Of a stretch of 37,839 nt of DNA, positions 7,287 through 15,011 are shown piece by piece. Source of the DNA: a virus (Duplodnaviria > Caudoviricetes); the IMG/VR virus record IMGVR_UViG_3300032335_000094, positions 1-37,839 of that record; one strand, written 5' to 3'. The translations under genes and the position numbers were made by a program. The number at the start of each line of letters is the position of its first letter. Position 1 is the stretch's first letter. The notes beneath the pieces were generated by a model. It saw nothing but the letters and a program-made list of their open reading frames with translations, searched no databases and had not been told where the DNA came from.

Positions 7287-7316
7287 ATCATATCACCCAA
7301 ACAGGTCCGGGCGCAA
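7287..7316 (-). promoter_or_regulatory. Putative sigma70 promoter just upstream of RNA copy 2
   Basis: TTGCGC-N18-TATGAT with extended -10 TGn. Confidence 0.5.
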
Positions 7317-7493
7317 GTCCTTGCGTGTCACCAAGCGACAGGTGGCATCTTCAATCGCCCGGGCAAGCACAGGGCTTGGCTTGACCTTCTTGGCGATCAG
7401 CTTGGACATCCACTCAGCAGTAATCCCAAGATGTCGTGCCATCTCAATTTTTGCGCCACGGGGCTCTTCGGAAAAATACTCTTGTAGGGTCAT
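7293..7493 (-). CDS. Cro/YdaS-like HTH transcriptional regulator (66 aa)
   Basis: MTLQEYF...EMARHLGITAEWMSKL...PSPVLARAIEDAT..LVTRKDLRPDLFG; LRPD tail typical of YdaS-like Cro proteins. Confidence 0.9.
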   Translation of the reverse strand: MTLQEYFSEEPRGAKIEMARHLGITAEWMSKLIAKKVKPSPVLARAIEDATCRLVTRKDLRPDLFG

Positions 7494-7581
7494 AGCGGTA
7501 AGTATACCTTGAAGAGACGATTCAACAAGACCCCATGTTTTACTCGGGTACTTGCACAAGAAATTCAAGTTGTGATGTAAT
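7494..7581. promoter_or_regulatory. Divergent promoter region with two operator-like palindromes
   Basis: Leftward -10 TATACT (7501-7506); rightward TTGCAC-N18-TGTAAT (7552-7581); TTGAA-N7-TTCAA at 7509-7525 and TTGCA-N7-TTCAA at 7552-7568. Confidence 0.75.
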
Positions 7582-7619
7582 GCAGCTACGCCATGTGGCG
7601 TGTAACTCGAAAGCAGATC

Positions 7620-7841
7620 ATGAAACAGAAAGCCAGCCACGTTCCATACACCACCAAGACAGGTCTCAAGATCGGTCTTGCGTATCAACCAAAACCTCAA
7701 GAACTCACACCTGATGGTGAGTTCATCCAGTCAGTCCTCCTTGGACGCAAGACCTCCCTGATCCGTCGTAACGGCATGATGCTCTACACAGTGCTGCTTG
7801 CTGCTGTGTTTGCGCTTATCACAGTGGTGGTGAACAAATGA
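7620..7841 (+). CDS. Hypothetical protein with C-terminal transmembrane helix
   Basis: MKQKASHVPYTTKTGLKIG...; hydrophobic C-terminus; ATGA-coupled downstream. Confidence 0.75.
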   Translation: MKQKASHVPYTTKTGLKIGLAYQPKPQELTPDGEFIQSVLLGRKTSLIRRNGMMLYTVLLAAVFALITVVVNK

Positions 7842-8068
7842 AAGTCAAAGACGCACACATGCAAGCCTACCCGTTCATCGAGCCTGAGAAGGACGACAAC
7901 ATCAAGGCCTACCACCCCGGCATGACCATGCGTGATGAGTTTGCCAAAGCAGCCATGCTTATTTTTTTTCAAGGTCCAGACGACGCCAATGATTATCTTC
8001 ACAGCCCTGAAGATATTGCAAATTGGTGCTACATCATGGCCGACGCAATGATGAAAGCGAGGAAGTGA
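7838..8068 (+). CDS. Conserved small phage protein (GMTLRDYFA...ADAML type)
   Basis: GMTMRDEFAKAAM...CYIMADAMMKAR. Confidence 0.85.
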   Translation: MKVKDAHMQAYPFIEPEKDDNIKAYHPGMTMRDEFAKAAMLIFFQGPDDANDYLHSPEDIANWCYIMADAMMKARK

Positions 8069-8361
8069 TGGACTATGACGTTGAACTGATGGCAAAGACA
8101 TCCGAGCGGATCTCTGAAGGCCTTGCAAAGCAGCTTGAGTCTCTCGTCAATTCGCACGGCCCCAGCTTCACTGCAAACGTGATGGGCAACGTAGGCGTCT
8201 ACCTGCTGACCGGTCTCTTGGCCTCGGCTAAGGATGACGAGTCGCGCTTCATGACGTTGATTGCAGTCGTCCACTCACTGAGCGCCAACGTGAAAATCGA
8301 GATGGCTGGATACGAAACAGAGCAGCTCCTTGAGCGCTTGAAGAAAGGCACGAAATGCTGA
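8068..8361 (+). CDS. Hypothetical protein
   Basis: Start MDYDVELMAK at a TGATG overlap, RBS GAGGA. Confidence 0.75.
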   Translation: MDYDVELMAKTSERISEGLAKQLESLVNSHGPSFTANVMGNVGVYLLTGLLASAKDDESRFMTLIAVVHSLSANVKIEMAGYETEQLLERLKKGTKC

Positions 8362-8666
8362 CACCAGTGAGATGTATTTGGTTCAACGGTCGCGGGACTG
8401 TTGGAATTGTTATGGCCGAGGATGAACTCGGTGAAATCTTTTACATGATCGGAGCAGGCGATGGCCTCAATGAAAACATCGACGTCAACCTCATCACATC
8501 ATTCGGGGCACTATTCCCTCGGACCATTGGAGATGTCCTCTTTGGAAGAGCAGCACCAACAGTGGCTAAACGACCCGCAAGCGCAAAGCGAGTATCAACA
8601 GTGGCTAAGAAAGGAGCACCAGCGAAGAAAGCAATTACCCGATCCCCTAGAAAGTCTGGAAAGTAA
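8355..8666 (+). CDS. Hypothetical protein with Ala/Lys-rich tail
   Basis: IWFNGRGTVGIV...YMIGAGDGLNENIDVNLITSFGALFP core; RBS AAAGG. Confidence 0.7.
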   Translation: MLTPVRCIWFNGRGTVGIVMAEDELGEIFYMIGAGDGLNENIDVNLITSFGALFPRTIGDVLFGRAAPTVAKRPASAKRVSTVAKKGAPAKKAITRSPRKSGK

Positions 8667-8697
8667 GTTCATCGAAATTTTTGGAGAAATCAAATGA
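8533..8697 (+). CDS. Hypothetical protein overlapping the tail of 8355-8666
   Basis: MSSLEEQHQQWLNDPQAQSEYQQW...; stop is ATGA-coupled to the next gene. Confidence 0.45.
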   Translation: MSSLEEQHQQWLNDPQAQSEYQQWLRKEHQRRKQLPDPLESLESKFIEIFGEIK

Positions 8698-9347
8698 GTT
8701 TTTTTGTTGAAAGCACAGGAAATAAAGAGTTCAAGATGGTCCCGCCCGGGAGTCATCTTGCCCGTTGCTACCGCATCGTTGACGTGGGCACGCAAGCCAC
8801 CGAGTGGCAAGGTCAGCAGAAGTTTCTGCGCAAGGTCATGGTCGGCTGGGAGATCCACAGCGAAGAGGAAGACGGCACTCCGTTGTTGACGGACGAAGGT
8901 GAACCGCTGGCGATGTTCAAGAACTACACCTTGAGCTGGTCCGAGAACGCCAACCTGCGCAAAGACTTGCAAGGCTGGAGAGGAACCCCTTGGACAGACG
9001 CAGAAGCCAACCGCTTTGACCTGAAGAACATCTTGGGTCAGTGGTGCATGTTGAACGTCATCCACGCTGAGGGCAAGAACAACAAAATTTATGCAAACGT
9101 AGCAGGCATCACACCTGTCCCCGGCATCATCAAGAAAGCTGGTCTTCCAGAGGGCGTTAACGCTCTCCAGATGTTCCGCTTGGCAGAGCCTGACTGGGCG
9201 TTGTTTGACACTTTCAGCAAGGGTCTGAAAGCCAAGATCGAGGCATCGCCCGAGTTCAAGGCTCTGAAGAACCGTGTAGCGTCTCAAGCCCCCGCAGCGC
9301 CATCCAGCGGGTTTGATGACATGGACGACAGCGATCTGCCCTTCTGA
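8694..9347 (+). CDS. Phage single-stranded DNA-binding-like protein
   Basis: PPGSHLARCYRIVDVGTQ N-terminus; acidic tail DDMDDSDLPF resembling the SSB C-terminal peptide; next to an exonuclease. Confidence 0.7.
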   Translation: MSFFVESTGNKEFKMVPPGSHLARCYRIVDVGTQATEWQGQQKFLRKVMVGWEIHSEEEDGTPLLTDEGEPLAMFKNYTLSWSENANLRKDLQGWRGTPWTDAEANRFDLKNILGQWCMLNVIHAEGKNNKIYANVAGITPVPGIIKKAGLPEGVNALQMFRLAEPDWALFDTFSKGLKAKIEASPEFKALKNRVASQAPAAPSSGFDDMDDSDLPF

Positions 9348-9349
9348 TC

Positions 9350-9673
9350 ATGCAACAAGATCTTTTCAGCGCATCTGAGAAGGGGCACGCCGCAGCGAAA
9401 GCAGCGGCTGCTCGTGCAGACCGTGAGATTGATGAATGGACTGATAAGGCGGTGGCCTTGTTTGCTACGTTTGCAAAAATTACATCGTCTCCATTCCTCA
9501 CGGAAGAGGCTCGGCAGTTTGCTGAGTCTTGCGGACTCTCCAGCCCTCCTGACGGCAGGGCTTGGGGGCACGTAGCCAAGCGTTGCCAGCGTGCTGGCTT
9601 TGTCATCTCCGCTGGATTTGGCGCTGCCAAGTCATCCAACGGGTCCCCCAAAGTTTTATGGAAAAGAAAATGA
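9350..9673 (+). CDS. Hypothetical protein, possible winged helix
   Basis: 107-aa ORF with PPDGRAWG motif; ATGA-coupled downstream. Confidence 0.75.
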   Translation: MQQDLFSASEKGHAAAKAAAARADREIDEWTDKAVALFATFAKITSSPFLTEEARQFAESCGLSSPPDGRAWGHVAKRCQRAGFVISAGFGAAKSSNGSPKVLWKRK

Positions 9674-10440
9674 TCGCAGCAAGACCATCAGAATCGAACC
9701 ACTGGTACGCCAAAGACGGCACGCCAGCCTACACCGTCACCGCAAAGAACGGAGAGCAGCGCTCTACGACCCTCAGGGACGCCAAAAAGATGGGGCTTCT
9801 ACCCTCGGTCACCACCATCATGAAAGCCGCTGCAAGCCCCGGTTTGGAGGCTTGGAAGATCAATCAGATGATGCTGGCTGCTCTGACCCTTCCCCGGGCG
9901 GACGGAGAGAGCGAGGAATCGTTCATCAAACGAATCCAAGCCGACTCCAAGGACCAAGCACGCAAGGCGGCAGAACGGGGTACGCAAGTCCACACAGCCA
10001 TCGAGCAGTTCTTTGACGGACAGATCAACGCCAACGACCTGCCCTACCTTGAGCCTGTTTACAAGGCTGTCAACGACACGTTCGGAAACCTCATGTGGGC
10101 TGTTGAGAAGTCATTCGCTCACACCTCCTCACCCTACGGCTTTGCAGGAAAAATTGACCTGCACAGCTTGGAGGGTGACGGCGTGGTGATCGACTTCAAG
10201 ACGAAAGAGTTCACCTCGGAAACACTGGAAAAGGTCGCAGGCTTTGACGAGAACGTCATGCAACTGGCGGCTTACAGGACGGGCTTGGTCAAACCCCAAG
10301 CACGGTGCGCAAACGTCTTTGTCTCGGTCACTGAGCCGGGGCTGGTCGTGGTCAAAGAGTGGACCCAAGAAGAACTGTGGCGTGGCTGGTCCATGTTCGA
10401 CGCACTCAAGACTTTTTACTACGCCAAAACCAACCTGTAA
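9670..10440 (+). CDS. PD-(D/E)XK family exonuclease
   Basis: LPSVTTI, RGTQVH, VEKSF, FAGKIDL, VIDFKT, QLAAY motifs. Confidence 0.9.
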   Translation: MIAARPSESNHWYAKDGTPAYTVTAKNGEQRSTTLRDAKKMGLLPSVTTIMKAAASPGLEAWKINQMMLAALTLPRADGESEESFIKRIQADSKDQARKAAERGTQVHTAIEQFFDGQINANDLPYLEPVYKAVNDTFGNLMWAVEKSFAHTSSPYGFAGKIDLHSLEGDGVVIDFKTKEFTSETLEKVAGFDENVMQLAAYRTGLVKPQARCANVFVSVTEPGLVVVKEWTQEELWRGWSMFDALKTFYYAKTNL

Positions 10441-10449
10441 GGAATTCCC

Positions 10450-10599
10450 ATGGGCTGGATCATCGGACTCACATGCTTTGCTGCATGGCTGAATCACGTC
10501 TTCACCTGCTTCAGTGACGGCCTGTGGGGCTTTCTTCTGGCAGGCGCAATCTTTTTTCCACTTGGCATTCTCCACGGCGCTTGGCTGTGGTTTCAATAA
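10450..10599 (+). CDS. Small membrane protein (49 aa)
   Basis: Hand translation MGWIIGLTCFAAWLNHVFTCFSDGLWGFLLAGAIFFPLGILHGAWLWFQ; RBS AAGGA. Confidence 0.8.
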   Translation: MGWIIGLTCFAAWLNHVFTCFSDGLWGFLLAGAIFFPLGILHGAWLWFQ

Positions 10600-10608
10600 G
10601 GAGTTATC

Positions 10609-10965
10609 GTGAAAGAAATTCAAATGCGCGAACTGCAACGCGCCGTAAAATTCATCGAAGCACTCGGGTGCGACTTCAAAGTTATCACCCCAGAAGGCGA
10701 TGAGTTTGGAAAACTTGAGGTCAAGGTTGCAAAGAACAGGACCAGAGCGCCACTGCGGTACGCCTACGGCGAGATCGCAAAGTTTTACAAGCCGCAAGTC
10801 AACCTGCAAGCCGAGATCGGTGACGTGCAAGAGATTGCGGCCGGGAAGTTCAACTCTGAGGACATCCGTAGCGGGGTTTGCAGCTTGCTCACCAAGGAGT
10901 GGGGTAAGGACTCTTACACCACCAGCATCAGCGAACACAGCGTTGAAGTTCTTCGCATCGCATAA
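10609..10965 (+). CDS. Hypothetical protein
   Basis: GTG start with RBS AAGGAG; 118 aa. Confidence 0.8.
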   Translation: MKEIQMRELQRAVKFIEALGCDFKVITPEGDEFGKLEVKVAKNRTRAPLRYAYGEIAKFYKPQVNLQAEIGDVQEIAAGKFNSEDIRSGVCSLLTKEWGKDSYTTSISEHSVEVLRIA

Positions 10966-10971
10966 AACACC

Positions 10972-11211
10972 ATGAACAATCCATACCTGACCAAAGACGA
11001 AGTCGTCAAAACATTCCTGAGCAAGATTGCCGTTCACCTTGACGAGATCCACGAGTTCTCGCCAGAGGATCTGGAGAAGATTGCTACAGGCTTCATCATG
11101 GAAGCGATGCCCAAGATCGTTCAAACAGAACGAGCCATGTGCATTGAGTTTGTGAAGAGCCTCAACCGTTTCGTTGGCGACAAGCTGGAAGAGAAACGGG
11201 GAGACCTGTAA
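10972..11211 (+). CDS. Hypothetical protein
   Basis: 79-aa ORF ending just before the terminator hairpin. Confidence 0.75.
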   Translation: MNNPYLTKDEVVKTFLSKIAVHLDEIHEFSPEDLEKIATGFIMEAMPKIVQTERAMCIEFVKSLNRFVGDKLEEKRGDL

Positions 11212-11235
11212 AAAATGCCCCCATCACTGGGGGCA
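11210..11235 (-). terminator. Intrinsic terminator between convergent operons
   Basis: TGCCCCCA-loop-TGGGGGCA stem followed on the minus strand by TTTTTT. Confidence 0.85.
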
Positions 11236-11256
11236 AATCCCTTGCATGGCAACTGC

Positions 11257-12519
11257 TTAGGGTCTTGCGTATCTGAAGGCGGGTCTCTGTGCCTCAAACA
11301 TCTCTTGCTCGGTTGGGTCAGGCATTGGGGTTTGGTTTTTCAGGTTTTCCCGCAGGTAAAGAGTCAAAGGCGATGCGGCAGAGATCAAAGCACCAATGGT
11401 CTTGAGTTGTGGGCTGGGCATCATCTGCATGGCTCCACCCAAGCCGCCAGTGCCTGCAATCATGGCTCCGGTGGTGTCACCCGCTTGAACGCGCTTCTGA
11501 GCCTCCTGACCGCTCTCAGCCATCGAAAGACCGCCAAGAGCACCCGAGGCTATGGGTGAGCGCAAAACAGCGCCTACGCCTTGTTTTACAGCGCCAGCAG
11601 CTTGCGACAGCGGACTTGGGGGTGGAGGTGGTGGTGCAACACTTGGTTGCCCCGAGATTGAAAGCTGTCCACCCGTGAACACCCCCGGCTGCACAGGCTG
11701 AGGGGTGATCAAGCCCTTCTTTGCCAGCCCCTGCATGATTTGACCTTGCGGCTTCATCTTGTTGTACTGAGCCGCACCCTCTGGAACGCCTCCAGAAAAA
11801 CCTTCCTTGGAAATTCCACCCCAGTTCTGAAGCCACTTTGCCCCAGAAGAGACGGGTCCGCCAACGGGTCCAGCAGGTCCGCCAGCAACTGGTCTTGCAG
11901 CAGACAAGGCACCGGGTAACTGACGGATGGCTTCGCCCGTTTTGCCGATGTTTGATGCGACATCCAAGCCCTTTGACAGGGCAGCCCCAGCACCAATACC
12001 CGCAACGTCGGTGGCAATGCGTGCCTTGTTCGCCATGAAGTCGGTTTCAGAAGCTGGCGTCACCACGGGCTCGGGAGGTGCCTCTTGAGCCTCGGGCTCA
12101 GCAAAGCCGCCCATGCCGTTAATGTCTCTCAGGTAGTCCTTGGTGGACGCAGGCAGAGCGTTCTTTTCGGGGTCTGTGAAATAGGGATGATTGTGCCCAG
12201 CGTTGTACCCGGCAACAGCCAGCATAGGGTCACCAAACTTGTCGAGACCTTGCTTGAGATAGGTCAGACCGATCTCAATGTTCTTGGCTGGATCTCGCAA
12301 ATCTTCAACCGAGAACCCCATCATCTCGGCTGTCTTTGGCATCACTTGCATCGTGCCGATCTCGCCACTTGACCCCTTGGCGTCAGGCTTGAGTCCGCTT
12401 TCGCGGTAAGCCAAGATCACGGCAAGTTTTGGGTCAATGCCCATCTGCTTGGCCTTGCGTGCAATCTCAAGCGCAACTTGCGCCTGATCTTCGCTTAACT
12501 TGTTCAAAAATTCATCCAT
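11257..12519 (-). CDS. Virion ejection protein with lytic transglycosylase (SLT) domain
   Basis: AYRESG...GEIGTMQVMPKTA...NIEIGLTYLK...AGYNAG; last gene of the structural operon. Confidence 0.9.
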   Translation of the reverse strand: MDEFLNKLSEDQAQVALEIARKAKQMGIDPKLAVILAYRESGLKPDAKGSSGEIGTMQVMPKTAEMMGFSVEDLRDPAKNIEIGLTYLKQGLDKFGDPMLAVAGYNAGHNHPYFTDPEKNALPASTKDYLRDINGMGGFAEPEAQEAPPEPVVTPASETDFMANKARIATDVAGIGAGAALSKGLDVASNIGKTGEAIRQLPGALSAARPVAGGPAGPVGGPVSSGAKWLQNWGGISKEGFSGGVPEGAAQYNKMKPQGQIMQGLAKKGLITPQPVQPGVFTGGQLSISGQPSVAPPPPPPSPLSQAAGAVKQGVGAVLRSPIASGALGGLSMAESGQEAQKRVQAGDTTGAMIAGTGGLGGAMQMMPSPQLKTIGALISAASPLTLYLRENLKNQTPMPDPTEQEMFEAQRPAFRYARP

Positions 12520-14021
12520 TATTGACCTCTAAGCTCTTCACGAAGTTTTGAGGCTGCTGGACCGTAGTTGCCAGTAGCAGAGCGCTGATTTGACCTTGCA
12601 GGGGCTCTGACGCCCATGTTGGAGGCGATGTTTGAGATCTGGTTCAGGTACTCTTGAGACATACGTTGACCTTCAGGAGTGTCCATAAAATCATCCGCAT
12701 CCATCTTGGTCTTGCGAAGGGCGGCAGCACGTTGTTTGTCAAAGTTTGCCCGAGCCTCAAGCATACTGAGTTTTGCCAAGATTGTGCCGGGGTTGTCCTT
12801 TGGTGACAGCGTGGCACTGGCGAACAAGTCTCGCTCGAAGTTGGAGATTGCGCCTTGACCAGCAGCCAACTTGGCTTGCTGAAGCTGGATGTTCGCCATG
12901 ACGGACAAGCCAAAGCGGTAGCGGTCAATCTGATCTTGCGACAAGCCGATGTTCCTCAGGCTGTCTTCCAAAGCACCAGCCTGAATAGAAGTCTGTCCGG
13001 GGGTTTTGACGCCCTCTTGGATGAGGTTGAGCAACGCACTGCCGAAGTCTGGACGGTTGAAGATACCGAAGATCTCCTTGGCATCGGGACGAGCAGCGAT
13101 TGAGCGCAGGGCGGAATACGAAGCCAAACGACCAGATACATCCTTGCCAGCGTCGATCATCTCTTGCGTGCGACCAACTTCTGCCTTGGTGGTGTCAACA
13201 GCCCTAGTCTCTGCGCCTTTAATCTCTGCGGCAGATTCCGCAACAGTCGGACGAACTGTTGGCTTGGTAGGGGCACCAGAAGGCGCAACCCCACGGAATT
13301 TGTCAATCCACTGTTTTCCCTGTCCTGCCGCCTCAGCCTGTTTGTATTGGCTGTACTCGTAGGGCGTCATCTCATAGGTGCCGAACTGAGTTGTGAATCT
13401 TTCTTGCTTCTGACCCGGAATCTCAAGGTTGAGGTACTGCTGCGTGTCTTTGTCAAACACGATGCCGTTCATGGAAATGCTGAAGCGATCTCGATCAGAC
13501 TTGATCATGTCGCTCAGGATTTTGGCCCTGCCTTCCATACCCGGCTGACTGGCAAGCAGTGCGATGTCGGCGGACGTAACCGGACGCATTTGCTGGGCGG
13601 CTGGAGCGCCGGGAGCAGCAGGCGTACCGGGCGCTCTGGGAGTAGCAGCGCCTGATTGCCCCCCAATCCGAGGCAGCATCTGTTGAAACATGGCTTCGCC
13701 ACGGGTTGCTTGACGCTGGGCAAGCTCACGCTGGGCCAACTCCATCTTCATGGAGGCAATCTCTTGGGCACGTTTTTCTTGAGCCTCCTGAGCGGGACCA
13801 ACTTGAGCGGCCACGTTGCCAAGAGCCTCACCAAAAGAGCCGGTCTTTGTGGGCGCAAGAAAGCCCTGAGCCATAGCCAGCAGTGTTGGATCAAATAACG
13901 GTTTTTGACGAGCCTCAAGGGATTCACGCAACTTTGCGTATGTTCCCTTGATCTCATCAACCAGAGCTTGTTCTTCTGGACCTTCAGCGTATAAGGAGCC
14001 AAGCGGTGCTTTGGTTGCCAT
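12519..14021 (-). CDS. Putative internal virion/ejection protein
   Basis: 500 aa, helical and Ala/Gln-rich; position in the ejection cluster. Confidence 0.7.
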   Translation of the reverse strand: MATKAPLGSLYAEGPEEQALVDEIKGTYAKLRESLEARQKPLFDPTLLAMAQGFLAPTKTGSFGEALGNVAAQVGPAQEAQEKRAQEIASMKMELAQRELAQRQATRGEAMFQQMLPRIGGQSGAATPRAPGTPAAPGAPAAQQMRPVTSADIALLASQPGMEGRAKILSDMIKSDRDRFSISMNGIVFDKDTQQYLNLEIPGQKQERFTTQFGTYEMTPYEYSQYKQAEAAGQGKQWIDKFRGVAPSGAPTKPTVRPTVAESAAEIKGAETRAVDTTKAEVGRTQEMIDAGKDVSGRLASYSALRSIAARPDAKEIFGIFNRPDFGSALLNLIQEGVKTPGQTSIQAGALEDSLRNIGLSQDQIDRYRFGLSVMANIQLQQAKLAAGQGAISNFERDLFASATLSPKDNPGTILAKLSMLEARANFDKQRAAALRKTKMDADDFMDTPEGQRMSQEYLNQISNIASNMGVRAPARSNQRSATGNYGPAASKLREELRGQ

Positions 14022-14030
14022 GGTTGCCCC

Positions 14031-15011
14031 TTAAATTATTGGAAACGGGTTGAATTCATCGCTTGCGGCAGATCCAGCTTCACCATAACCAAGATTTTCC
14101 CCGCCAGTCACAAGAGTAGATCCGCCTCGGAGGTCTCCGGTTGATCCTCTGTAGTTGAGTCCGCTCAAAAATTTCGATATGTCGCTTCCTGAGCTGCCTT
14201 TCCCAACAGCACCAACCAGCGTACCCAAGCCAGCAATCTGTTGCAACGGAGAAGGTGCAAATGCCCCGGGAAGGGCTTCTTTGGTCTCTGCCGTGGTCAT
14301 GGGGTACGTGTATCCACGCATGATCTGAGCCACGTTCTGAGCACGAGTCAGTGGAGCCTCAATTTTCGACTGTTCGTAGCCCAACTCCTGAGCGCCGATG
14401 TCGCCCAAGGTCTTGAGTCCTTGAGTCCCAGCTTGAGACTCGGCTTGACCCAAGCCATAAAGACTCTGACCCGCTTGAATGTCATAGCCGCGATCACGCA
14501 AGGCAGCATCCAAGGCGGTCTTGTAGCCCTCGGAGCGCAGCTTGGCTTGATTGCCGAACAGGTCCGACTGCACGTTGCCCATGGCCTGCCCCATTGCCCC
14601 GGCGTACCTTTGGCTCCCGAAGCCACCCTGACCAGCGAATGCAGCACGCAAAGCGGGAAGCATGCTTTGCTGGACGTTTAGGGCGCTCTGACGACCCATC
14701 TCATTAACCACGTCTTGCTCATACGGGTTGTAGAACTGAGAGATGTCCTGAGCAGATACGCCTTTTGCAGCGCCTTGCAGAGTCGACAAGGACTCGTCCA
14801 TGGGGGTTTGGTAGCGCTCCAAAGTGTCCCGAGCCCCACCGTACAGATCCTGAAGGTTTTGATTCAGTGGAGCAATGCTGGCTGCACCCAACTGCTGTTG
14901 ACCAGTCTGGGCCAGTGAAGACAGGTAGTCCGTCAGGTACTGCGGGGCGGTTTGAGTGGTGCTACCCTTTAACTCCACTTTCCGTGGATCTGGCGCGTCA
15001 AATAAGCTCAT
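14031..15011 (-). CDS. Putative DNA transfer/ejection protein
   Basis: Gln/Gly-rich, FYNPYEQDVV, GGFGSQR, SPLQQIAGLG segments typical of podovirus pilot proteins. Confidence 0.7.
   Translation of the reverse strand: MSLFDAPDPRKVELKGSTTQTAPQYLTDYLSSLAQTGQQQLGAASIAPLNQNLQDLYGGARDTLERYQTPMDESLSTLQGAAKGVSAQDISQFYNPYEQDVVNEMGRQSALNVQQSMLPALRAAFAGQGGFGSQRYAGAMGQAMGNVQSDLFGNQAKLRSEGYKTALDAALRDRGYDIQAGQSLYGLGQAESQAGTQGLKTLGDIGAQELGYEQSKIEAPLTRAQNVAQIMRGYTYPMTTAETKEALPGAFAPSPLQQIAGLGTLVGAVGKGSSGSDISKFLSGLNYRGSTGDLRGGSTLVTGGENLGYGEAGSAASDEFNPFPII

Noticed and set aside
7494-7700. N-terminal extension of the Cro-like ORF shown in the ORF track (135 aa)
   Set aside because: Extension runs through the divergent promoters and the opposite-strand gene; the HTH family domain starts at MTLQEY (7493)
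7962-7969. T8 run as a slippage or phase-variation site
   Set aside because: ORF is intact and coupled to the next gene; no obvious stimulatory structure or useful alternative frame
10129-11124. 331-aa minus-strand ORF
   Set aside because: Antisense shadow of four plus-strand genes, most with clear RBSs; no recognisable motifs
11239-11262. Weak second hairpin beside the terminator
   Set aside because: Short imperfect stem with no second copy in the window to support it
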